A stretch of DNA of 64,000 bases from Convolutriloba macropyga (lineage: Eukaryota), in NCBI RefSeq assembly GCF_964194025.1, contig NC_134480.1, positions 25,668,001 to 25,732,000 of the forward strand, read 5' to 3'. Position 1 is the first letter of the stretch. Each line of letters opens with the position of its first letter. Shown here in pieces: positions 47,399 through 60,099 of this stretch. The notes under the pieces are model-generated. The model saw only the letters and a program-made list of their open reading frames with translations, was not told the origin of the DNA and made no database searches. Both the position numbers and the translations under genes were made by a program.

Positions 47399-47742
47399 CC
47401 GCGCCTTCTGGTCCTACGTCATTTTATCCCTCTGGGCCGACAACCCCTGCAAAAAATAAGCAGCAAAACATGCAGTACCCGACTCCTGTGCCCCCGACCA
47501 CCTCAGTAGCTGAAATGGAAACCCAGGGCTACTACCAAGGCGGGTTCCAGACTACAAATATGGGCAACTCGAACGGAATGCACACTTCGGGATACCACTA
47601 CTCTCAACCAATGGGTGCCTATAACGCACGGTACGGTGGAACCAACCAGGCATTCGGTGGAAGTAATGCCGCATATGGTGGAACAGACGGGTTTGCAAGC
47701 CGACGTATTGGCGATCGTATGCATTCAGATTACGGATTCTAA
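47399..47742 (+). CDS. Multi-CCCH protein, last exon (P/T-rich then G/Y/N/Q low-complexity tail)
   Basis: Acceptor gttttag|CC is phase-compatible with exon 3, and the frame is open to TAA at 47740-47742. Confidence 0.72.
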
Positions 47743-48549
47743 AGCCGATCGTTTGCTTAACCGAATCAGTCTGTTTCGAGTTTTACATGAAAACTGCAAA
47801 TAGCTATTTGTATGGATTCATATATATGAGCGAGCTACACGTGTTAAACCATTTTTAATGTTTGTTTGATAATTCAAAGTCTACTGTAATTATGGATATT
47901 AGTATTATTATATGGGTATTAGCTATTATAAAGTTGATTATCCCATCCAAATATGTAATCTTTGTTGTCTTTGTTGTTTTCTGTCCCTTGATTAAAAACT
48001 GTCTGCAGGCTGTGAACAAAGGCCTCGTTTTGTGTGAACATATTGGAATATCAAAGATGGTGCATAAATTTTAAGTCCCTTCATTGCAATGCGTATTTGC
48101 AATGTGTATTTGTTATGTACTGATAAAAATCTTGATTTAGTTATTTAATAAATCAGCAGCAGCAGTTATATAAGCACTCGGTTGCTTTAACCATAATTTT
48201 GCTCTGTTTAAACTGAACATCTGTTAGAGTGTAAATTTGAATCTTTAGTGACCGCTGATTTTTTACACTTAAGAGAGCACTTTTCACCACTTGCTAATTC
48301 ATGAATGGCCTCAGCTAATTAATCAAGAAATTATTTGATTAGTCATTTGGTGAGCGGTGTTGTTGTGACAGGTTTAGCATGTGGTGTACCAATTAGCACT
48401 GATGATTAATAGAAAAGAAAAGAATCAATTTTCACTGTAGTGACTCAACTTATATGAGTCAGTACATAGCACTGTTTTTTGTCTGATTTAGTGCCTTAAA
48501 TTTTTTGCTTTCATGCTAAAATGTGTCCATGCTTAGTTATTTTCAGTAA

Positions 48550-49560
48550 ACCAAAAGCAATAAGTGATGAAGTTTACGGACTCGCTGATGTAAATGAGAG
48601 TTAACGTACCTGTTTAATTTTAAGATTGTCTCTGTCACCAACATATTTGCGAGTCGATCTATATAAACTATAGTTCGTTTGTTCTCGTAATGATAAGAAG
48701 GAAAGCTGATTTTGAATTTGAGCATCTGGGATCTTTATGAAATATCCAGGAGCAAGTTTCGTTAAGCTTGATCATTGATGCTCCTCCAAAGCCAAGAAAA
48801 TAGAAACTTTCGGAACATAATAAGGAACTATAACGAAAAGAATCAATTCTATTGTTTTTTCTGACAGTCTAACGTCCATGGATAATGCCACGTTCTGTGA
48901 AATATGTCAATAATCTTAGCAATGAAATTGCGTCGCATAATTTGTAAAAATAAATTCTAAGCAACACTAATTAGAGTTATTCCATCTTTATTACAGGCAA
49001 CATTACCTGAAGTAAGACTGCTTGTTGATGTCTGTCCGCATAGCGAAATGCAATCGTTGAGATTCAGACATATTTGTGAAAAGCTTTGCGAGGGGAAAAT
49101 ATTGATTTTGAGGAGAAAAGAAGGCTCTGATTACTATAGAACACGACACGGAGGCTTGTGAGTCTATGCTTTTGCACAGATCTATTGCACGCAGATTCTA
49201 CCTTCCCCTGTAACCGATTATTTGAGGGTAAGAATCGCATTAAGTGGCTGAGTAACCAAATAGGAAATGCTAACAAAGCTAAGAAATTTTCAAAATTTTC
49301 AAAATCGATGGATGGGTTCTGGTACTGTCGAGGAACTGAAGCAGTGTTCCCTTTTAATGATAATTGCCGGACAAACAACGGTTCAATTTCGTTTTTAAAT
49401 AAGTACCAAAGTCTTGTTCAAAAGCTAAGAGTATCTGCTGATTCCTAGACTAGTAGAGCTATAGTTGTTGCATCTCAACTCAATCCCCTCAGGTATTACC
49501 AGTCTTTACTGCTTCAAAATCATATCTTACAATAAAAAACAGCAAATAAATTTCTATATC
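48550..49560 (-). mobile_element. Highly decayed LINE ORF2 relic (linker and RT N-terminus)
   Basis: Fragmentary LINE-like peptides only; many stops. Confidence 0.35.
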
Positions 49561-50232
49561 TTGGAGCATTAATAGAGGGCCCTGTATTGCCGCATTCCAG
49601 CCACTACACTTTTGGAAAACCAAATTTTAAAATCTTTTGTCACTGAATTATGAAATTATCCTACATTTGGTCCAACTTTGCCCCCTTTTTTTAGAGAAAG
49701 CGAAATTCGAAAAAAATTGTGAGAAGTGTTTTAAGCAAGATCTTCCAAATGATGCTAGTGATTTTTCAATGGCTCAAAAAGGACAGAACAAAAAACAACA
49801 CCATATTACTCTTCACGTGATTTTTATATGCTGCAAAAATAGCGTTTGAACTGTGAAAAAGGGGTGAATGTACTGTTAAAAGTGACGTATGTACTCCGAA
49901 AAATAGTGTGTGGAATAAGATTAGTTTATGATCAAGAGCTGTTTCCCAGTTCATACCAGAATTACACTTATGAATGCACTAGTTGCTAGCCATTTCCACT
50001 ATAGTGCTCTTCTATTGAGGGAATAAAGCGTTTCATAGCAATTATTGCAAACGTGTGTGTCTTTTTTGATGCAAATTTTTCGCTTGACAATTTTGCGCTT
50101 TTCTTCTAGAACATTCTTTGACTTCTCAAGTGATTTTTCAAGCTTTCGTTCTTCATTTTTGAGTGATCTCTATTGCTCCGAAGTAAAGCTTGTTGCTAAT
50201 ATAAAATCGGGTGCAGCGTAGCAGAGGTAAGT

Positions 50233-50300
50233 GACTCGTAGCTCAGTGGTGCGCGTGGTCGTGGATCGGGAGGTCAGTGTTTCGAATCCCGGCGAGGGAA
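50233..50300 (+). mobile_element. tRNA-derived SINE head
   Basis: A box TAGCTCAGTGG and B box GTTTCGAATCCC, followed by a non-tRNA body. Confidence 0.6.
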
Positions 50301-51449
50301 AGGATTTTTGCACCCATAAAGAAAAATTGATCTAGGCTACAACCCCCGAAATAAATTGCTCGCCTGTCGTTCAAGAGCAATTCTTCAGACATTTGTCGGT
50401 TTATGTTTTCACTTGTGAATCAATTAACCTGGGCAATAAATTCTTGCTTCAACCAACAGAAAAACATGACTTATCTCATGATTTAAAGTAAGTGTGAAAT
50501 ACTCCATTTCAATACCTTTTGAGAATTAAAGAAGCCACTTAGTTGCACAATGTTTTATTGAATACAGCTCCAGTTTTCTCAAAATTAGTGTTTTCTACAC
50601 TGCAGTACCAAAAAAAACCAGGAACCAGTATTTCCTTCATTTCGACGTCAAATGAAAATCACATTACCTTAAGAACTGCTTTTCGCCAGAGCTTTAAAAT
50701 CAAGATTTTACTTCACCATATCTATTCTATTTAGAAATAATTTAAAGTTTCAAACTCTGGGGCCATTTCAAAAATCATGGGCCATTTCATATGGCAATTT
50801 CAAACTTCTCGTAACCTATGTTATGAGAGCCTATTACGGAGAGACTTTAAATTAAGTTAATATTGATATCATTAATACTCAACGAACAAAATTTCAAATG
50901 ATAATTTAAACTGCACTCCCATTGGCATGGTAATTATATCTGCCTTTGGAATCCAGGTGTTCTTTTTTCGGCTTGCAGTTTCCATTAAACACCAACCATC
51001 TGTCCTGAAACGGCAAGAATAAACCGCACGATTTATTTCGCTTATTTCGAAATATTTGTTTGAGGCATCTTAGATTGAGATCTGCATGGAAAATTCAACC
51101 TATATTTAAGAAAAATTTTGAAGAATTGAGTAACCATATGGAAGCGTGAAAGTTCCTTGTTTTACCAGAATGTCATTTTTTCTTTGTTTAAAAATGTTTG
51201 AATAACTGAAGAATACGAAAACAGATAATTAATCTAAAGTGACCCCAAGCGGCAAACCAGCCAGGCAAATTTGGATAATGAATATCTTAGTGACCTTATT
51301 CTTACCGCAATTAAATAGAATTAAATACATTTTGATTGTCGTCTATGACTACTAGATCTTTATTTTTGATTCCCATAACAAAAAAGTTCAAAATTGGGTA
51401 ATTGATGTGGTTGTCATCAAAGAGCTATTTGAAGCATGTCAGGAGAAGC

Positions 51450-51660
51450 ACCGTCAGGTTTTATGCACCTTGTTTTCTGGCGTTTATGGCATGATGGGCC
51501 GAGAACGCACAATTTCCTTTAAAAGACTAGCAGATAGATTGACCTCAAAATGGGAAAAGCCTTACGCGACATTTATGAACTCTGGTTCAAAAAAAGAAAT
51601 CATTTTAAAATCACGTGAGCATCAAAACTTTGTATAAGAGGCACGAGATGCAAACTGCAA
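51450..51660 (+). mobile_element. CRE-clade element C-terminal relic
   Basis: GMMGRERTISFKRLADRLTSKWEKPY...CIRGTR parallels the C-terminus of the 36-39 kb CRE element. Confidence 0.6.
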
Positions 51661-53309
51661 TGTTTCCAATTCGAAGACGGCGCCTTTGTTTCTCGAACAA
51701 TGACTTCTAAGTTCATCATAAGCTACTTTGATCATTTGCCGCACAACTTGAGGGGTATTCCGCCCAACAAACTCAAAAAGTGGGTGATCTATGCACCACG
51801 TCGATCAAATTGGGCAATAATATTGCACAATAGTTGCTTAAACATTGGACCTCAAATAATTTGTCTTAATATAAAAGAGGACGTTATTGATTATTGATTA
51901 ATTGATTCTTCTCGACTAACCCAATGATGTAGGAGTTAAACAAACAGCTTCAGAGTTGACGAAACTTCAAATAGGAAGAAAGGATTAAATGGACAGAAAG
52001 GCGACGCTAAAGTCAATTGATGAAGCTTTAAGTTGAATTAGAACCATGTGAGAAGTCAACCAGGTAATCTAATTATATTTTGTTTAAAAAAATGAAATGT
52101 AATGCCTTAAGCCGTAGTCGAATGGTTATCTGAGAACTGATTTTTTCTTGGTCAGTGTCCTTGCCAATGACAATCTGTCTCGCAATGACAAACTATCTTG
52201 CGGTTAAGGTTTGGTTGAGTTTTTTGAAAATAAGACTGCATATGCGGTGATATTTCCCTAATTATGTATAGACCTGCAAATAATCCGGAATTAGAATGCC
52301 TTTCAATTGAAACTAAAGAAACCAAATTCAACGGGAAAAATAAATAGCCAATGAGACCGGAAAAATTACATTGAATTGTTTTATGTACTTAACGGCAAAA
52401 TTTCTTATTCAACGATTTTTAAATATTGTGAAGCATTAATTTATAGGTTGAAGATAGATTGAAGCATTTGAAGAGCTCCTTTTGAACTTCAGTGACACAG
52501 CAGGCAAATAATCTGTTCGATTATATAGAGGGCAGCTTGTAAGAGGTTGCAATATCATTTGTACTTACCATTATAACCTGCTCTCAAAGTAAGTTCGTGG
52601 CGATAGTCCTGCTGGTTAGTTTAAATTTTTTCGTCTGAGAAATTTAACTTTTTGAGTCACTATTAGAGACTGGAAAGCTTTGCACATTATATACAAAAAT
52701 CTGACAAAATTTATGAAGAAATTTGTGTTCTAAACAGGCATTTTGTGGAGATGTATTTTCAATTTTTTTAAAATCTGTTTTGATTGCAAAGTGCAACCAG
52801 TTGCAATAAATGGTTAATTAAATTTACACTCCCTGATATTCATTTAATTGTTATTGTAATCATAATATGATGAAAATTTGTTAAAAGACTTCACTATGAA
52901 AAACTCAATGATATAACAGGTGTTTTAATGCACTGACACTTGTTTTATGGTATCATTTCATGTTTTGAGGTATCAAATTTCTGTTTAGTTTTTTGAACTT
53001 CAACTTAGTGCGAGTAGTGAACCCTACTCGAAGTCTATGGTGGTTTTAAAAAATAAAATTTGCTCATAGATACGATTGAGTGTCTAAGCTAATTACTGAC
53101 CTACTTCTACAATGGAATTTTGGGGGCTTTTTAATTTCTTTATATTCAGACTTTTACCAAGTTTTAACGCTCACTAGCATTTAGTTTGTTTAAGAAACTC
53201 AGTTTGCCTATTTTGAATAAGCCAGGTATTTCAAAATATTTGCAATTTCATACCAGGTATTGCAGCCTTCACAAATTTTTGCTACTCTCAGCATGTGCCA
53301 CTACTGTAT

Positions 53310-54875
53310 AACAATGCCAGTCTTCAAAGTGAATCGGGTGTTCAAAAGGAGATCCTCTGGGTCCACTTCTCTTTTCGTTGACGTTATGGCCTGTTATAGA
53401 AAAAATAAGAGACGCGATTCCAAATCTTACCCAGCACACTTGGTATTTGGACGATGGTTTCGTTGCAGGTTCCAAAGATCAAATCCGAACTACGCTCGAT
53501 ATCTTAGCCAATGAAGGTCCAAAAGGGGTCTGTATTTGAGGAACGACAAGTGCGAACTCTGCTCAATCGTAGATCTACCCTCAGTTGATCGAGAAGTTAC
53601 AAGAAATTCGGGCAATGGTTTTGAACTACTGGGTGCTGCAGTGGGATCACCACAATTTATTTCTTCTTGCCTGCAGAAACGTGTTCAGAAGGTTGTGTCG
53701 CTCTTGGAAAATTTGAGTTATCTGGATGATCCTCAATGTGCTCTCGGCATACTTCGTTATTGCCTAGGGACACCAAAGTTAGTCTAATCTTTACGCACTA
53801 ACACGTCGACAAGAGATCTGATCGATATTTTAAAAGTCTTCGATTCCAGTCAACGGGATGCGTTAGATCAAATAATCGGTAATGTCACCTGTGACAATGC
53901 GTGGAGGCAGTCAATGTTGCCAATAAACATTTCTGGCCTCGGAGTTCGACAATCGCAAGAGCAATACAGAGCCGCATATGTGGGCTCAGTGTTAGCTTCT
54001 AATGACTTGGTTCAGAAAATTACAAACCAGCGCGCGTCTGACAGGGTTTTTAAGGAACTCTATGCAAGCCTTGAACCTTTCAACTTTAATTCCTACAAAC
54101 AGAAAATTCAAGAAGCTAAAGATACTCAAAATTTTTCTGAGCTGCTAAGAAATCAGTCGGCAAACAGGGAGAAAGCAAGACTGCAATCACTCTGTTTGCC
54201 TCATTACGGCGCATTGCTTGCGGCACCTCCAGTTCCTGCCTTAGGTCTCCATCTCAGTCCCAGTGAATTTCAAATTAGTGTAGTTGCAGTTTATGAAGTT
54301 GAAAGAAAATGCCACTACTGCAGGTCTGGGACCCTTGAAATTTTTGGTGACCACGCCGTCATCTGTCACGGAAGAGGGGATGCAATTTCTCGGCATGACA
54401 GGATTCGTGACCGTTTTGTATCACTTTGCTCAGCAGCTAACTTGTCCCCAGTCATCGAAAAACGGAACCTTATTGCAGGAAACATTTCTCGCCCTGGCGA
54501 CGTATTTCTGCCTTCATGGAAATCAGGTCGTCCAGCTGCTCTAGACGTCACCGTAACTTCTCCACTGCAACCAAACATTATAAATCATGCGGCATATAAT
54601 TCTGGTTACGTGAATGAAGCTGCTAAAGAGCGAAAGTATGCACAACACGAAAAAATTGCCCTGAGCAAGGAATTTCGTTGTTTCCTCTTGCTGTTGAGTC
54701 ATTGGGTGGTCTGTCAGTTACTCTCAAGAAAGCGTTAAAGCGCATAGCTCTGTTAGCTGACAGCAGGAATTATCAGTCGCAAGGACATGCTATCGCTTTT
54801 GATAGATTGGCTCAGTCGGTTTCCGTTGTGATTGTACGAGGATCGGCTACAATGTTGCTTGCACGAGTCCCGTAA
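53310..54875 (+). mobile_element. 5'-truncated CRE-clade retrotransposon, second family (RT C-half + REL)
   Basis: GDPLGPLLF, WYLDDG, LPINISGLG, CHYC..DHAVIC..RHDRIRD, RPGDVF...ALDVTVTSP and FPLAVESLGG. Confidence 0.9.
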
Positions 54876-56479
54876 CCCCAACTTTCGCAATTTTTTTGGG
54901 CAAATTCTATTTTGGGCATAAATTGTGAACTCCAAGAAGAGTGGACTTTTTTGAGAAGTGTCACCCAATGAGAGGGGACCTTCGTTTTTGTAAATATCAT
55001 CTCACCCAACGAGCGGGGAGAACATAAATAATTTTCAAGAGGTCAATGAAGATTGAAACGAGAAGAATTCTGAAAATTAAGGAGAACAGGACTGATGTTA
55101 TAGAGAGCGATTGAGATGAATAAAGAATTCTTCAACAAAACAAACACACTTATTTGGACCTTTAATGAGCAAAAACTTTTGATTCCTAATCAAAGTTTGA
55201 TAACAAAGATTTGTATTAATTCGTTTCTAACTTTTGAATAATTAGGCTAAATGGTAAGCGTTTGTTGTTGAGAAGCAGATCTTGGAATAATACTTTTTAT
55301 CAAGAACCAAACTTTTATTCCCCAATTCATCTGTTTAGTCTTCAATATGTTCCTGGTAAAGCAGAACTATAAGCTGTGCGAGTGGGCCACAGATTTGAGG
55401 AGCTCTATTTTTGTTTTTAGAGGGTCAGGGTTTCTACTTTGGTAAAGTGATCAATTATTTAGAACCATTTAGCGAGTTATTCTTTCCTGTATTAAAATTC
55501 AAATTGTCAAAGAGGAGACCTAAATTTTTTTATTCAGTTTTTCTGTTTTAATCCCCAATTTGATATCTAATTTTGTATATATTTTATTTGAAATATAGTA
55601 CCTCAGTTTTGTCATTGCCGAGCTCATAATGCTGTTCAAAAATGTTTCAAAATTATTGAAATTTCCCAGTATGAAATCACTGTTCAATATTAAAGCTTGT
55701 TTCCTATCTTCTAAAAAACAAATTATTGCACTATCAGAGAATCAATGAAACCTTCCTTTCTAAATTTGTTCATGCTCTATTGAATTTAATTAAATTTATT
55801 TTCGTAAGCTCAAAGCAATTGCAAAAGCCTTTTATCAGAAGAAGTGGAGTTACATAAAGCTGAAAAATGATTTTCATGGTTTTTTTAACATTTAGCTTGC
55901 AATCTTTTGCACGCCAGTGGAATTAAGCATTTCCTTCTTTCTTTATTTCAAGAATGTTTAAATTAATTGTTTGGAAATTGTCTTCAAGGAAGTATAAGCC
56001 TTTTTTTGCTCCGTTAAATGAAGTACATGCTCGCAATTGCCTAATTTAAGTTGAATGATTGGAAACAGCAACTGAAAAGAATCTGTGCTGAACAACAATA
56101 AACCTAGAGGCTTGATGGTTCTACAGTTTGCGAGTGCCCGAAATTTACAAATCCTAAACACACCTGGAAAATCAATTGACCGCTGCTTGGAGAATTCCTT
56201 GTCTTCAAATTTTTTGCTCCTGAAATACAGCAAAATTAGTTTTGAAAGTTTCACTGTTGGTAAATCAGCTTCTGGACTGAACATAATCTTGGGTTGCTTC
56301 TGGTTTTTATTTTAATACTAATACCGTCAACTATAATTGAGATGAAAACGTTTCTTTTCCTCCAGTCATGATCTAGTTGACAGCAATGTTCAGTATCATT
56401 ACGCTTGTTATAAACCATTCTAGAACTAATTGAAGGTGAGCACAAGGTTTGGAAAAATGAAATTTATAATGGAGGAAAA

Positions 56480-56890
56480 GTAGTAGTAGTAGTAGTAGTA
56501 GTAAAAGACTTCAATTAAACCAATTTATGGATTTTAATACAACACATCAGAAAGATCTATGCATATGGTACAAACAAGAAAATTTATCTATAGCTATTAC
56601 AACTAGGGAAAAAAATTAATTACAAAAATTTAAGAACGGCAAAACGCACAACAGCATTTAATGGACCAACTACAGGTCACGTCCGGATTAAACTTTGAGT
56701 CACGCAGTGTGGAGAAAAAAGTTTTCAGTAAAATTTTGTAGTTGGCTGGTGGTCTCAGGATGTTGAAGTTACCAGTGTCGCTGAAGTCATTCACATAGAT
56801 TTGTACCCGCTTAAAAAATGATTTAGCTGTCAGCTGCTTTTTCGTGGGGCTCACTACAATATGATCATGAGAGTTAGTTCGAAGCATTTT
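56480..56890 (-). mobile_element. CR1-like LINE 3' fragment with (TAC)n tail
   Basis: C-terminal peptide KSFFKRV...FNPDVTCSWSIKCCCAFCRS, and a (TAG)8 run on the plus strand at about 56480-56503. Confidence 0.65.
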
Positions 56891-57599
56891 AGAATATGTC
56901 TTGATAGAGAAAAAGTCTTTTAGTAAATAGGAAAAAACATTGCATGGAACTAGGAATCATCATCAATTCATACGTGAAGTTGATATTCAACTGATTCAAT
57001 TGAATAAGATTTTTGCTAAAATTGCTGTAGCGATAAGGGCAATTGAATTAATACGGCATCAGGTAGTTCTTGAAGCTGGGTTGATAGTCGCTGGTTGTTT
57101 CTTTTCGAATTTATATAAGTATAATACTTAGTTTATTGCTGACATGGTTCTAATTTAAATCAACAGTCTTCTAAATGAATTCATCGTCTCCCTCCTCGTC
57201 TAAATTCATCTTCTAAATTGAAGCAAGTACTCTGCGAGATTATCCTCAATTTATTCGGCTTCTATAAATCGGCCCGCTTTGTGGGCGAGCTATTTAATGT
57301 TGGGCGCTATCCCCCTCTCGTCGTGCGGTAAAGATCAAGGTAGCTTCTGGTTAAATTAGTAATCATTAGTCAGAATTTTCTTTAAAAAATTCGATGTTTA
57401 GCCCTTTTTACTATTATCTCTGTTGGCTTATCACCTAGTATCAATATTAGCAGTACCATTGGGTTCTAGTGAGGCATAATTCAGCGTAATTGTGTTTGAG
57501 TTTATGACTACTGTTTTTTAAGACTATTCTCAATATATTTATTTTTTTTACTTTTGAGAGTATTAGTGTGTTCCTTGTTATCTTTTTGTTTCATCTCAT

Positions 57600-58700
57600 T
57601 AGGGACATTTTCATTAGGTTGCTCATATGAATTGTTTTAATCGAGTAGTTGTTTCAATTCAAAGTTAATTCTTTCTATGACTGACTTTCATTCTTTTCAA
57701 GCAATATTATCGAATTATCTCTCTCCTTAATGACAAGTCTCATCGGTTGCTTAGGATGCCTAAATTCATCGAATCAGTAGTTTCATTTTTTTGCTGTTTT
57801 TTGACTTGTACGCTTTTCATTTTCGATAAAAATTTTCTGAGATTTTGGGTTTTACTAGTATTTGTACTTTTACAATTTTATCGCTTAATCTCATTGATAG
57901 CAGTTGTCAGCCGTTGCTTATGAGTAATAGGTGATTCTAATTAGTGATTTGAGTTCACAGCAATGGTTTTTAAGTTTTTGACACCTGCTTATCAAAAAGT
58001 GGAAAGTTGATTTTCGAAAAATGGAAAGTTGATTTCTTGAGTCTTTCGTGTTTTTGTTGTGATCTTTTCATTTAGTCTCATAAAAAAACAATGAATTGTT
58101 ATTGGCCTTCTAGTGCGCCACTGGTTTTCATTTTTTTAATTTATGCCAATGTTTTGATTTGTCTGTTATTCAGTACACAAGGTTGCTGTATCACGTGCAT
58201 TACCGCATTCTGAGGACGCATAGATTCAATGTTTTCAAAAATTTTGTTGATTTTAGGGTTTTTTAAAGCTCTAAATATTGCGAAAGGAAATTGTCTAATT
58301 ATTTTTTTGGGTTGTGTGCATTTTTGCGCATGTTGGGTCAGGGGTTTTGTTGACTTCCTTAGATTGATGTTGCTGTAAAGTATTAATTGCAATGACATTG
58401 TTTAAGTCAATTTTCTGTTTTGTTATTCAGAACTTGTCCTGCTATGTTTTTTGAATACTTGGAAAGTCCAATGTGATTCCATTAGAGTCACTTGAAATGT
58501 ACTTAAACGGTAACTAATACTAAAACTAAAACTCGTGCTATGATCTAAAGACGAGATTTCGAAGAAGAGTTGCTTTTCTAAAGCTATTGCAATGTGTTCT
58601 ATACTAATTTGACCAAAAATGGAAGTAATAATCTCCACTTCTAATCTCTTCGGAAATGTAATTTCGGTAGTAAGATATTGTTTTGACAGAATTGTATAAA
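57600..58700 (-). mobile_element. Decayed LINE APE/linker relic
   Basis: ISSLDHST-like APE C-terminal motif. The block acttgtcctgctatgttttt also occurs near 60535. Confidence 0.4.
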
Positions 58701-58890
58701 CTTAAAAATGTATCTCGTTTTGTCGTGTTTGTCTTCGCATAACTGCTGTAGAAGCTCTACTGATGTAATATAGACTTAGCCAGAAAAAAGAATTTCACTT
58801 TATACACTCATTAATGACGGGTGAGATTTGTGAGGTTGTATGAAAACAGTGCCACTTAGCATTGGCTAGATGGTTTGTCTCTAGACTGGT

Positions 58891-59048
58891 ATGGCTTCCA
58901 GCAGCCCCAGTGGGATAAGTGCCTCTGACTCAGACGAGCTCCTGTGTCCCCCCGCCTACTCTTCCGAGCTGCCTCCTTCCAACACACAACTCATCCCATC
59001 TACCTCAGGCACAAACAATGTACCCACTAACCCACACATCGGATACGA
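58891..59048 (+). CDS. DDHD1: DDHD1-like phospholipase, first coding exon (S/P-rich N-terminus)
   Basis: MASSSPSGISASDSDELL... is open to the donor GA|GTAAGG (phase 2), which matches the next acceptor. Confidence 0.65.
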
Positions 59049-59315
59049 GTAAGGGCTGTGATTAAACTTAATCTAGGCTTTTTACCGGCATTATTACTAT
59101 TCTTATATACCATCAAAAAGTGTAAAATAAAGCACATGTATCATCAGGATAGCAAAGGTAGCTCAAAAGTTATTTCGTTTGTTAAAAGTGATAAAGCGAT
59201 AATTGTCAAGAGTCTAATTGAAAACTGCAATTTTTTATGTTAAAGCTTCAGCTCTCCAAATGGTGAATACTGTTCTACTGTGCATTCAATAAGGAATCAT
59301 AAAGGGTTTATTTAG

Positions 59316-59536
59316 CTGGACCAGTCAACCTCTAGAGCCCTCAGAGGTGCGCTGGTTCTTCGAGGACTCCAAAATCAAAGGAAAATGGTCGCCATTCATG
59401 GGCGGAGACTCTCTAGCTCTCGAGACACAGTACAGAGCTGCAGTTAGTGGAGGAAGTTGCCAAAATGTATTTGTGAGAGGGAAACTGTACGAAGTAGATG
59501 TGAGTCAGAGGACTTGTTCTTCAATATACTGGCCAG
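59316..59536 (+). CDS. DDHD1: DDHD1/PA-PLA1 family intracellular phospholipase A1, exon 2 (gene continues downstream)
   Basis: Acceptor tttatttag|C and donor CAG|GTGAAT. LEPSEVRWFF..KWSPFMGGDSLALE...VRGKLYEVDV...IYW matches the DDHD1 N-terminal motif as recalled (EEVRWFY...W.PF.GYDSL.IE...VRGGLYEVDV...VYW). Confidence 0.82.
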
Positions 59537-60099
59537 GTGAATAGATAGCTAGATAATATAACAAACTATTTCCTTATCATGCTTGGTATTTTAAAAGTTG
59601 ATGAAGGCCTTTTGCGAGACAAAATTACTCGTTATGACCAAATTTACTCGTTATGAGCCATTTGTTTTGGTACTACAAACACATACGCAAAATGATACTA
59701 ATTTTTGCGGGTTTTTTCAAGTTTTTTGCAGGGGCAAGGGAATCTCCTTTAAGGTTTGATAATAGGGCACTGTATAACAATGTCGAATTGTGGCATTTTT
59801 TAAAATAAAATCTGCAATTTTTTTAAAGGTTTCCTTAAGTTTTTGTCATTTTTTGATATTTGTCCATTCTCAAGTGTCAGGAAACCTATTCCATGGTCTG
59901 AAAAAAGTTACTGCATGGTTGTTAATTTCGATAGATTGGTTGTTAATTTAGAAGTTGGTTTTCAACAACTTAACGTTTCGAATTTCAGAAAAAATTTCTG
60001 GTAAAATTTGTAGTTTTTATAAAGTTTTCATTTGTCTTTTATTCAGTTTTTTTATAAAAAGTTATTGCCTATCGACATTTGAACCAATTATTTTTTAGG

